Of a stretch of DNA of 64,000 nt, positions 53,066 to 64,000 are shown one piece after another. Where the stretch lies: assembly GCA_964035545.1 (NCBI GenBank), contig OZ037772.1, positions 5,936,889 to 6,000,888 on the forward strand. The letters run 5' to 3'. The notes beneath the pieces were generated by a model, which worked only from the letters and a program-made list of their open reading frames with translations, searched no databases and was not told the DNA's origin. The stretch's first letter is position 1. The number at the start of each line of letters is the position of its first letter. The translations under genes were made by a program, and so were the position numbers. This stretch comes from Bugula neritina (Eukaryota; Animalia; Bryozoa).

Positions 53066-56000
53066 TCAGTGCACTGTGTGTAGGAACGAGCACGTGTCAC
53101 CATAGTCACATTTCCCCAGTCTTTGGAAGTGAGTGCACTCTTTAGTTGGTCGGCCACGGCCCCTCATTCCATTTCCTCTCCCCCTGCCTCTTCCACCTCT
53201 GTTATTATTCCAAGAACCTCTGAAACCTGAAACAACAAGTGAGTTATGACAGAAGAGACACAAATAGATCTCGTGGCTTGTGATGCAGAAAGAATGAGAG
53301 AGTAGAACACAGTTGTAATACTTTTGCACTCATTGTCTTGAAGTATGCAAGGTTTAAAGTCTATAATCTAATCAAACACTGGCACTGTAAGATGTTGCAT
53401 GAACGCTGATGCAATACCACCATTACACAACTTGCACAAATCTAGCATCTCCATCACTTCCTAATTTCTATGCCAAAATATTACCATAAATATTAAAGCT
53501 GATGCAATACCACCAGTTTCCATGGCAACCAGAGACAACACAAAGAGAAACTGAGTTTCTCATTGATTGTAAACGAAATTCAAATTCATGTCCGGATTTT
53601 CATGTTTAATGATTTTATAACTTTTATAATGTTTCAAATATTTTGAACATGACAAAAAGGAATCTTAGTTGAAGGGGAGTATTTCAAGACAAAAATAGGT
53701 TATGACTTTGTGCAGTTTTATTAACATCTGATATCCACCGCCCACGGAAAACTGGTTTAATTCACAAAACCAACCAAAAGCAGAAAGAAGTCAATTTTTG
53801 AGAAAACTACTGCCTGCACCCAAAGACAGTCCATGAATGAAAGCAGATGAATCTGAACTGCAGAATATTTTCATCCCTGCAGGTAAATACAACAATAAAC
53901 AAACAATTTCTCTAAGTAAGGGAATATTTCCTGAGAACTTGCGAGCATACCTGAGTTGTGGAAGGGACGGGGACCGGAGCCCCGACCTCTGAACCCTCCT
54001 GGAGCTGGTCCATTATACCCCCCGTACGGCCCCATTGGTCCATTAAAGTTGGGAGGGGGCATGTTGAAAGGTGGCATGCCTCCTTGTGGCTGGAAACGAG
54101 GTTGGGGCACGTCTGCGTTCATCCCTTCCGTCTGCATGATTTTATTCAAGTAGTCGGGGGAAGTATTCTACAGGAAGTAGCAAACAGGATGTGAATGTAT
54201 AAAATGGAACAGATGTGACAGCCAAAGTTGATACAAAAGACTCAAAATATTATGAAAAAACACTTGGGAGCAGCAGTGGAGAAATTGAGATAGCCCAAGT
54301 TCTATCATTTCTTAATTAAATTTTGGTTTGGGGTGTACTGGGTTGAAATTCTCGCAAGACCAAATCTTTTTTTGCTACATTTCTAATCTAGAGCTCAGGG
54401 TTTTCTCAGTTTCTCCAGTACCACACCTACTTCTGGAAAAATCAAATACATTACAAGTAGCTGTATTACATCAATGAACTTACAGCAAGCGCCTCTAGAA
54501 TTTCTTGACTAGCGTCTCCATTGGCCAATTTCTGAATGAGGTCCATATCGTTAGCCGTGACTCCCGGGACAAGGTCTGACACGGTGTGGGTGCCGTTGGT
54601 ACCCGCCGGCACTAAGGTGTCCATGGGAGCGTGTTGGGCCTCAGGCTGAAAGTCGGCTGTTGGCTGATGGGATTGAGAATTCTCTACCTGAGAAATATGT
54701 CACAAGGAATAAAAAACATATTCATCACAAACTATTTCATGATGTAATGACATTCCAATTAGCAACTTGTTGGTGTAATATACCAAATATACACAATGAA
54801 TATAGTAACAGCTGAATGTACAATACATCATATTAAAATGAAATAATTACAATAATATTATGAATCAAGCTAAGCATTATTAAACAACACAATATAATTA
54901 TATCCATTATTGTTGTACAGGGAAGTATTGCATCATGGCACAAACTTTGTTAGATACAAACAAACTCACTGAACCCTGTTAGCATAATATTATAGGATAA
55001 TATAGTGAAAGTTCAAGATTTACAAGGTTTGTTTGCTTTTAAACAAATGACTTTCACATTCTATTAACATCTGCTGTATTGAAAACATATTTTGCAACTT
55101 ATTTATCTTGAAAACAACAAACAATAAACAAACTAATTGCAAATATTCTAACATTTGAGTGAGAATTTTTCAAGAGGACAAAACCAAAAGTAACAGTGAG
55201 AGGATTGGAATACAAGGTCACTTGTCAAGGTCAATAGGAGGAGGAGGGGCTAACATACCTCCAGAGGAATGGTGGGCGGGTCAAGAGTGTCTGTAGGTTC
55301 CATGTCTATAATATGGTCTGGTTCTGAGGCTGATGGGGGAACTCTGTAAAGAATAATATAATATAATACATTACATAACATATTATATATTGTACAACAC
55401 AACATATATATTACATAACATATTATATATTGTATAACACATAATATTATATTATAATGCATTACTGTGTAACATCACATACTGTATTACATTATTGCAA
55501 TGTTATATAATTAGATTATTATGTATCATAGATTCTAAAATACTATCTAATACTGCATATATATTATACACTATTACATTATATGATATACCTACAGCAT
55601 AAAATATGATTACATGTAAAATAATACATGTAATATAATACACTATAGAACCTGCTACCAGAACATGACAAAGCTGAGATAGGTGAGTAAAAATAATACA
55701 CTATAGATTATTATGCAACATGATAAATGCATATAATATTAAGCAATACCAAACAGCACATATTATGTAACACAATATAGCATATGACACTATATAAGAA
55801 CATTATACAGTCACTCAGTGTGTGAAAAGAGCTACTAGAAAGTTATGCCATGGTCTCTGGTTAAATTAAGTCATTTGTGGCAGCAGAACAGCTATTTGTG
55901 GCAGCATTAATAGAAAGAGACAGCTGGGGATGAGAGACTTATGGCACAGTTTAGTAAAACTTTACTAGTGAGGGTGTGTAGGAATTTGAGTGAAACCAGC

Positions 56001-59000
56001 CTTTAGTTGTAACACTAGGTTTACTGAATACTAGTTCATTAAATTCCTATTTATAATTAAATTCAGATCATATCTAAGCCAACCCAGCAGTACTGATGCT
56101 GTAGATTTACAAACAGGATACACTACGTTAATGACAATACCATGGAGCTAGTTCTCTAAGCAAACTGCTGATATATAAGTCTCATTTTATGGGAATGCCT
56201 AGCCCCTCCCTTAAAAAGAATACAAATTCTTCTGCAGAAATAAGGCTATGTATATCTAGTAGGAAAGAACTAGAAGAACTAAAACTTATAAATCATTTGT
56301 GGTTTTTGTGGTAAATGTCTGTCATTGTTGTAAATGTAGGAAAGTAGTTCAAATTGATAAAGTTAGGTTAGTAGCTTCCCATATGGTGAATATAAACCTG
56401 CCTTGTGCATATTACCCCACCTAGCTAATTTACACTAAAGTCCTAATATGCAAAAATGAGGTTGATTTTATAGTTGTTGGTTACTGTACCTTTTAATAAT
56501 TTATATTGCATGTTTTAATAAAAGCCCATACATGCCCTTTATAGGCTTTGGCATATGGTAAACCAATATCTTGAAAGGAATAACAGTACAACGTGAAAGA
56601 AGTTAAAACAAATCAGAAATTATGGAACAAATGATCTAATTTTTTCTCAAAACTCAAACTCAAAACTCTGGTAACCGGATAACATATAAAGAAGCAATTT
56701 ATGGCGCAGTTCCAATCTTGTTTCACTAACCGACCCTCAAGGTCAATGACCCCATGACCTCTTCATCCACCTGAACTGTGTTAATGAGACACATCTGGGC
56801 TCAACCGTAGAGAGCAATGGCATATGGAAAAATGACAATAATCAAATTGCAATTGTTTCATTGAATTTTAAATTGGTAAAGAATGGTTTATGGATGAAAA
56901 AGCAGTAGTATGCTAGTTAGTATATCATTGTAACTGATAACTAGATGTAACTAGCTCAGCCCAGCTAGCTGACTGAGGTTTATATCAATCACGTTGTTTG
57001 GGGACACGTGCTGAAATATAACAATGAAGAAGCTGCATGGCCTGTGCAGGGTAGCTGCAAACATTCCATCTGGGTTTATATCTCCTTTAAACCAAGGTGA
57101 ATAGTGATATGAAGTGATATTCTAATTGGCTGAACCTTCATTTGGGCCGTTCTGTGAATAGTGATATCTAACTTTGATGTATTCACTTCAAGTGAAGGTC
57201 AACGAATCCAGAAATGTAGAGATTGAGAACAAAAAATGACATAATTCCGACATATACTTTCAGTCCAACACTTGTCAAGTCATGCCAACTTTAGTTGATT
57301 TACTGGTGATAAAAATAGCCTTGTGTGTAAGTAGATGGGCAGTCAATAGTAACCCCATCCCAGAAAAAGAGACTCGGTCTAAAGTGACTCAGCCTAATGG
57401 AACTCGGTCTAAAAAGACTCAGTCTAAAGAGACTCAGTCTAAATGTGTATTAAAATTTCCTTAGTTGAGTATTTCAGTCAAAACAATGAGTCTAGCTGGA
57501 AGAAAGCCAGTTCACTGTTATACAACTACTAGATATGACTAAGTGTTTCTACTCCAAAAATACCAATAATATTTACACTCAGTATGTATTAAGTAACCTA
57601 TACCATAGAGTCAACATTAAGCTAATCCTATTTTGACATTTGTTCATCCCTGTACTAATATTTCCTTTTGACGTAATATAAGGGTCTCAAGAAACAAGCA
57701 ATAATCCTAATGGGTCTCTGAATAATCTGTACTTTTCTATTTTAGTCTAAAAACATGTCTAAGCTGGGTTACAAGGCACAATGGTGCTGGTGCCTTGAGA
57801 ACTTTGTGCTTACAAACAAAACTTATAAAAGTGGTTTTTAGTCATGAAAACCACTGATAGGTATTGGAATACATCAGTTAAGGCTGCTTAAAATTCCTCA
57901 TAACCTGAACATTTTTTAGAAGAAATTGAAAAAAGACTGTGTTCTAGATTAGAAATCTAGCAAGAAGAATTTCAACCCAGTACACCCCTAACCAAAATTT
58001 ATTAAGAAAATGAAAGAACGTAGGCTATTTCAATTTTTCCACTCTCTCTTTCTTGCAGTCAGTAGATACGACTATGACTGTTTTATGGATTAGGCTTAAA
58101 TTTGGTTGCAGTTCTCAGTGCAGCTCTGTTGTCAGCTGTCTGCTGCCAAGAACTCAAGTTTATATTTCTCCACTACTGCTCCTAAATTCCTATATTTATT
58201 CTATTATTCTCAATGCTATTCTAAAAACCCAACAAATGTGCATTGTAGGGTCATCAGTATCATAACAGATCACATATCACAAAGCTGACTGGATTATATA
58301 AAACAGTTTGACCCAGCAGTGACCACTTGAGTTTTCAATTACTAAACTAATCGGTTTCCCATTCTTCTTATTTGTTAGCTTCAGAGTTTATAACTTATAT
58401 GAAGCCCAAAGACCTGCCCCACTGAATGAATTGATGAAATGAGCCGGGTAGGTTGGCTATAAGGACAGTTGTCTGTATGTCTGTCTGTTAATGTGAAGGG
58501 ATTTTGATCCAAACTGATCCAGTTTAAAACAAATAGACAGACTGGCCTCTTTGCATATGTTTCAGCTGATAGTTTACATCTAGAGTCTAAACACTACAGG
58601 AGAATAGTCCAGCTTATCTGCCCACCAATAGCACCCTGTCTCGGCATGTGTGGTGAAGCCAACTAACACCATGTCTGTCTGTCTGTCTGAATTTGATTGA
58701 GCAGTCATTGTTGGGAGTTCTTACACAAAAGTCCCACACTTTGGCTTGTTGTAAACTCATTTCCAGGCATTAATTTGAATGACATCCACAATTTTTTATA
58801 TAAAATTATCCGATCTTTCCAAATGCAAAAACATGTTTTTGCTTTTATAATTTCAAAAAGATCAATGAACTATAAAATAGCAGAGTTTTGTCTCTCATGT
58901 GGTTAGATTTGAGGTTACTCTGTTCATATATCACTCAGTGCAGCGCTGTAGACTATCAGTGGAGCCTGGGATCTATTACTTCGTGTCACAGGAGTTCAAA

Positions 59001-62000
59001 TGCCCCTAATTTGGAGTTCAACATTTTTCAACATCCTCTTTATATACGAAAGCAAAGCAACCAAATGATCATTTTTCATATGAAAGGAAGTGGTATTGAC
59101 CACATCACAGTTATTTCCACTTGGCCTTACTGCGTTATATTATCAGTTCAAACATTGAGTTCCAAATTTTAATAGCCTAAACTCTGTAGTTTTCTTAATA
59201 AAACTTGGTTATAGAACTCATGGTAGTCTCCTAGTTAAATAATGGCCTCTTGATTTCTACTTCACTGAGTGGTAGAGAAATGGGAAGGTATTTAGATGCA
59301 GTAGTGGAGAAATTGAGATAGCCTAAGTTTTTTCACTTTCTTAATAAACTTTGGTTTGGGGCGTGGGTTGAAACTACTGCAAGAACAAACTTTTTCGCTA
59401 CATTTTTCATCTAAAATACAGCCACCTTTGCATATTATGACTATAACTGTTTTTATTAGCAAGTTGAAAGTATTAAGGCTGGAAAGAGCATCATTTGCTC
59501 ACTTGAACAGGCAACAAGCAGAAATAATGGTGAACAGTAAAATACAATGAAAATAAAAATATCGAAAGTAAAAGTGACTTACAGTAGAAGAGCACGGAAT
59601 CTATTGTGAAGGACACTGTAGGAAGAGTGAGTAATAACTGAGAGTGAGTAATAACTGAGAGTACTGATAGTGAGTAATAACTGAGAGCGAGTAGTGACTG
59701 AAAGTGAGTAGTAACTCAGAGTGAGAAGTTACTGAGAGATAGTAGAGACTGAAAACAGTAACCAATTGTGAGTTATATATTATTGAACCACAAAAAATGA
59801 AAGAAAGTAGCTAAAAACAACTGGAACTGCGTAAGGAATTATCTCCTCCATATTGGAAAGACAACTCTCAACATAACTATACTGTTATAAACTTACGCTG
59901 CTTTGGTGAAGTAGAGTGCTGCCAGAACTTTGACCTCTCTGTCACTCTGAACCTGTCTCTGCTGAGAAAGGTGACCGGGTACAAACTTGGAAGGCAGCAG
60001 GTCTAGAGGCAGCGGTCTCGCCCACTACAGACAGCCATATTATTACTATTACTTGTAGCAGAGCTACCAAATTATACAGACCACTTACACTTGGTGAATT
60101 ATATTCATGATGTCATCTCCGCCATTTTTTTCAGATGTTGACAATAAAATAAAGCAGTAAAGTAATACATGACATATTTTACATTACATATACTAGTAAT
60201 ATAAGTAATATGTGACAGATTTCACATTACAAATACTAGTAATATATGTGATATATTCTCATGGTGCCTACAGAAACCAAATAAATGCGGGATTCCCTCT
60301 TTTTCAAACCATATAAATTTGGAGTTGTTCTCCTTTTCAGATTTAAAACATGTTTTTAAGGCGTTAATGGGAAATTGAACCTGAACCAAACTTTTAGCAG
60401 AAGCTTTTTGAAATATGTGGCAAATTAAAAATATATATATATAAACCTAAAATAAACAGCTGTTTACACGAAATGAATGACAATATTCAATCTGGCGAAC
60501 ATTATCAACACTCAACTCCATATTATGTAAAATTAAAATAAAACGCCCTTCAGCAAATTATCGACAATTTCCAAATCCTCAGTCAACTTCGTGAAGTGAA
60601 TTATTTGACATGTAGACATGAAGTTGTCTTCTCACCTTGAAATTCTCTGTGACGGAAGGTAGAGCGTTACTGTGCTGTAGGAGGGAGCCCTTGTCGTCCA
60701 TGTGGAGACTCTTCAGGGCCTCCCTGTCCGACATCATTTCCCTCTTCTTCATCTCATCGAACCCACCCTGATCTCTAATCCTGTTCACGTTTACTACAAG
60801 CAGACAGGCATTGATGTCTACACATGTGCAGCTGTACACTAGAGGCAATTATAAGTAGATAAGATACAAGGCAAGGTAGTTATGATGTAAATATTTGTGT
60901 AACATTTAAAGGCAGATGTATAAAAGACACACAGACAGACATACGGAGAGACACGCAGACAGGCACAGTGGAGAGACACACAGACAGACATAGTAGGTAG
61001 ACCCACAGACAGACCCACCTCTCTCATCCTCAAGCAGCTCAAAGTAGTGATACTGTTTCAACTCTTTATCTGCTTTCCAGCTGACTCGTTTTTTGGCTGA
61101 CTTTGTAACTGACGTGTCCATTGGCTCATTCTAGAACAAACAACCAATCAGAAGTGACGCTTCGTGGAAGAGATAGTCAGCTAAAGTCTAAGTGAAATGC
61201 ACCGTAGAATTACTACAAACACTTGGAGAACACTTCAAGTATGAAACAATCATTTTAATAAACTTTCAAACACTCCTTAAAAATGAAAAGTTGGTTTTGG
61301 AACATATACACTTTAATAGGCAAAATTGATGTCTAATCTCTAAACTTTCAGCATTACATATAAACTGAAATATAGACATCAATTGAAATAAACTGCTCCC
61401 TCAACATCTCACGGTTCCATTTCTCACAAAACTCCATCAGTCACGGGAAGGGCTTGGACCTCCGCTCTGTAGCTTATGTATGTGTGTAGGGACAACACGG
61501 CTAAATTTAACAGATCTGTGAGTTAAATCTGGTATTTTACTATGTCACAAATTGAGGTTCCAGGACCCACAGCTTAGTGAGATACGGAGGGAACACTTAT
61601 AAATTCTTTTTTTACCAGATAAGATTTGAGATTTCTGCTTATCAACATTGTTTCCACCTTTCTATATATAACAGAATATATTTTCCATGATCAATATCCA
61701 ATGTGTGTGCACACGGTATTACCTTGAGGTCATCTGGATTGGACAGACTGGAGACTGTGCTTTCTACAGGAGAGGTTCTGTCTGATGAGCTGTGACCAGA
61801 CGGGTGGGGTGGTGAGACGCCCGACGGTCCTTCAAACGTGTCTTTATAGAACTGAACAAAAAGTTAATAAATAATACAGGTTTCAACCCAAGTTATCAAG
61901 AAAACTACCAACAGGCCAGATACCACCTTTACAATAAAAAAATTGCTAAGAAACGAAATATCAATCAGGTGAATTGGGATACAGAGATTAAAGTGTTTTG

Positions 62001-63970
62001 GTAACTTATTTGTAGACATCAGAAGATGTACGAGTTCTCTTTCAGCAGCAGCTGATTAACAATCTAGAGTAGAGACTGGGGGGGAGGGGGGTCAAACAAG
62101 CATCATTTTCAAAATAGGTTACCAGTAACTAAAAACCCAAATGTCCTTCATAACTATACATGTTTACTTCCAGCTAAGCTACTATTGGGTCTGTCACTAC
62201 AAATGATTCATAAGTTTAATTCAAAATTAAAAAAAAACCGAATTATAGTAACTGAATATGTAACATAACATACACTAGGAGGAGCTACGACTGGAGAGAC
62301 GGGGGTCTGGGGTGGAGAGGTAGGACTGGTAGGGGTTTTATTGACAGATCGCTTCTTCTTAGGGACTGGAGTGCGCGGCTGCAACAACGCTGCCATGAAT
62401 CCATCGCTGTCTTGCACATGAGCAGCTAAAACAAAGAAGTCATATATCACAGATAAATACAGAGTGAATGGTAAAACAGATATCATGAGTAATTTGAGCT
62501 CAAGCAGCATATGAACATACATTTTCATAACGCACAACAGTAGATATGCAATTACATCAAATCTAAATGCACAAGGAACTATTGTACAAAGTGAGAAAGA
62601 TAATGATCATCAGCGAGTTTAACAATAATTGTATTACGTTTTGGAAGGGGAGCGATAAGCTTTGCTTTCCCAAAATCTTCCTCTTTATTTATATCTATTT
62701 TAGGTTTCTTCAATTCTGCTCGGATATCAGAAATGCCAGCGAGTTCTATATTCGTTCTGCACATGTAAATTACAAAAAAACTCACATAAGTTTGTATACA
62801 GTACAGTATTAGGTGACAGAAAGAGATAGGATGTGAATCACTTCCCAGAAGACATTGCAACATATGAACAGCCCTACTACATATTATTGTATTGCAGGCA
62901 ATTAAAAAGGCTCAAGATGGAATACAATGAGGACACATTGCACTGTAAATTCAAATGGACTCATTATGCTCCATTTAATTTTATATATAATTCCATTATT
63001 GCCAAAGTTGCAATGATTTTCTAGAATTTCGATAGAATGTTTATTGCTGGGCTGTTCATTATCTTTGCATTTTATGTATTATGGCGAGCAGCATTGCTTT
63101 TGGCCATAAACTAGGCAATTGATAGACCTAGTGATTTGATTATATTTATTTGTTAATATAATATATTACATACATTCAATGAGCAAAGGCAGGAAACCAT
63201 AAATTATAAAAATATAAAAAAAATGTTGAGCACCAAAGTTCACCGGTACAATCTTATAAAGGTACATAAAATCCTTATAAAAAGGAAAAGCGTCTGCTAA
63301 TTTCATCAATAACTCCACATACCGACCCTTTATAACAGACAACATAACATGGGAGAGAGTAACATCGGTTATCAATGAAATAGCATAGCCTTAGGTTTGC
63401 ACCTGACTAGAAGATAAACTGGAAGGAGAGATTAAACCTCCACTCGATAATAGTGAACATTGTCTAAAAGTCTGACAAGTAACTAAATCATGTAAGGACA
63501 AGTTAGAGGTTTGATCCCTGCTTACAGTTCGTTATATATCGATACCCAATATGTGGGAAAAACCGACCAATAAGGTCGTGATTCATCAAGAAAAAAACTT
63601 GTAAAGCTGTAAAAGAGCTTCATGGACACACCAACTGCGTGTAACCGTGGCCAACCTTCGACCACACACCTTTTCTGAGACGCACTGGCAGCAGAAACCA
63701 GTGGTTTGGCAGCAGGGGTGGATTTAGCTGGTTTACTACCCCGGGGTTTGGGTTTAATAACCCCGGCCTCAACTCCTGCACTCCGCTCCTTTACGTTGTG
63801 CTGTTTAGCAGTGGTTCTCTCCGTTTCAGACTTAGACCCCTCCTTGAAGATGGTGGGAGGGGGCGGCGACGGAACGTCCGTGTTGAGATGCTCAGAGGAA
63901 TGAGGTGGAGATTTGATTTTCGGTTTGTGTTCAGATTTTTCACTCGACTTGTGTTTTTTCTTCTTTTTTT
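53066..63970 (-). CDS. PPP1R10: Serine/threonine-protein phosphatase 1 regulatory subunit 10 (PNUTS), 5'-truncated by the window edge
   Basis: Phase-compatible exons 63670-63970, 62638-62756, 62274-62425, 61723-61851, 61019-61130, 60636-60793, 59897-60024, 55259-55343, 54484-54687, 53951-54167, 53066-53226. PP1-binding KKRVSWKADKELKQYHYFELLEDERVNVN (RVxF plus PhiPhi/Arg), DGFMAAL, QSDREVKVLAALYF..VPPSASEPD, RGG repeats and terminal CCCH finger CTHFQRLGKCDYGDTCSFLH. The N-terminal TFIIS-like domain is expected beyond 64000. Confidence 0.9.
54266..54430. mobile_element. MITE family A copy in a PNUTS intron
   Basis: ggagcagcagtggagaaattgagatagcccaagttct ... gagctcagggttttctcagtttctccagta; reverse orientation relative to 1189-1342. 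Confidence 0.65.
57368..57443. repeat. 15-bp tandem repeat (agagactcagtctaa) x5
   Basis: Direct reading. Confidence 0.85.
57918..58045. mobile_element. MITE family A copy
   Basis: agaaattgaaaaaagactgtgttctagattagaaat...aatttcaacccagtacacccc...aggctatttcaattttt. Confidence 0.6.
59290..59420. mobile_element. MITE family A copy (partial)
   Basis: gcagtagtggagaaattgagatagcctaag...gggttgaaa...gctacattt. Confidence 0.6.
59583..59615 (-). other. Candidate 33-nt in-frame cassette exon of PNUTS
   Basis: ctcactcttcctacag | TGTCCTTCACAATAGATTCCGTGCTCTTCTACT | gtaagt; symmetric phase 2-2 and stop-free in the gene frame. Confidence 0.45.
59624..59752. repeat. About 17-bp tandem repeat (agagtgagtaataactg)
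   Basis: About 7 diverged units directly upstream (sense) of the candidate PNUTS micro-exon. Confidence 0.8.
61392..61598. mobile_element. Tc1/mariner (Tigger/pogo-like) MITE
   Basis: Inverted ends ctgctccctcaacatctcac ... gtgagatacggagggaacac. Related partial copies at about 21431-21553 and 34545-34702. Superfamily call rests on TIR resemblance only. Confidence 0.6.
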
Positions 63971-64000
63971 CTGCAATAATTTAACCAGCTACAAGCAATG

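Noticed and set aside
55344-59896. Intronic snoRNA or miRNA in the long PNUTS intron
   Set aside because: No properly spaced C/D boxes with a terminal stem and no conserved mature miRNA recognised by eye; an Rfam covariance-model scan would be decisive.

Overview
AT-rich, intron-dense eukaryotic (invertebrate animal) genomic DNA; the taxon cannot be fixed from sequence alone. Three spliced genes lie head-to-tail on the minus strand. (1) A complete Crumbs-like gene that I assembled by hand into 57 coding exons (42797->2536, 8850 nt, 2949 aa): signal peptide, about 45 EGF repeats, six laminin-G domains arranged as an internally duplicated 3xLamG module, a Ser/Thr stalk, a TM helix and a 37-aa tail with GSYRP but ending QLLI instead of ERLI. 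(2) A complete type II glutamine synthetase (50315->45001, 8 coding exons, 368 aa) with a CCAAT/TATA-like promoter and a non-coding first exon. (3) The 3' part of PNUTS/PPP1R10 (>63970->53066), with the RVxF motif KKRVSW, an RGG stretch and a CCCH finger. An intronless class A GPCR (24603-25577, +) is nested antisense in a Crumbs intron. Introns hold tRNA-derived SINEs, several MITE families and many tandem repeats, often right next to splice sites. Best leads: the divergent Crumbs tail and doubled LamG module, the nested GPCR with an N2.50/D7.49 swap, candidate micro/poison exons in PNUTS, a separable degron-like exon in GS, and complementary repeats flanking Crumbs exon 5. All exon models are manual and need RNA-seq confirmation.
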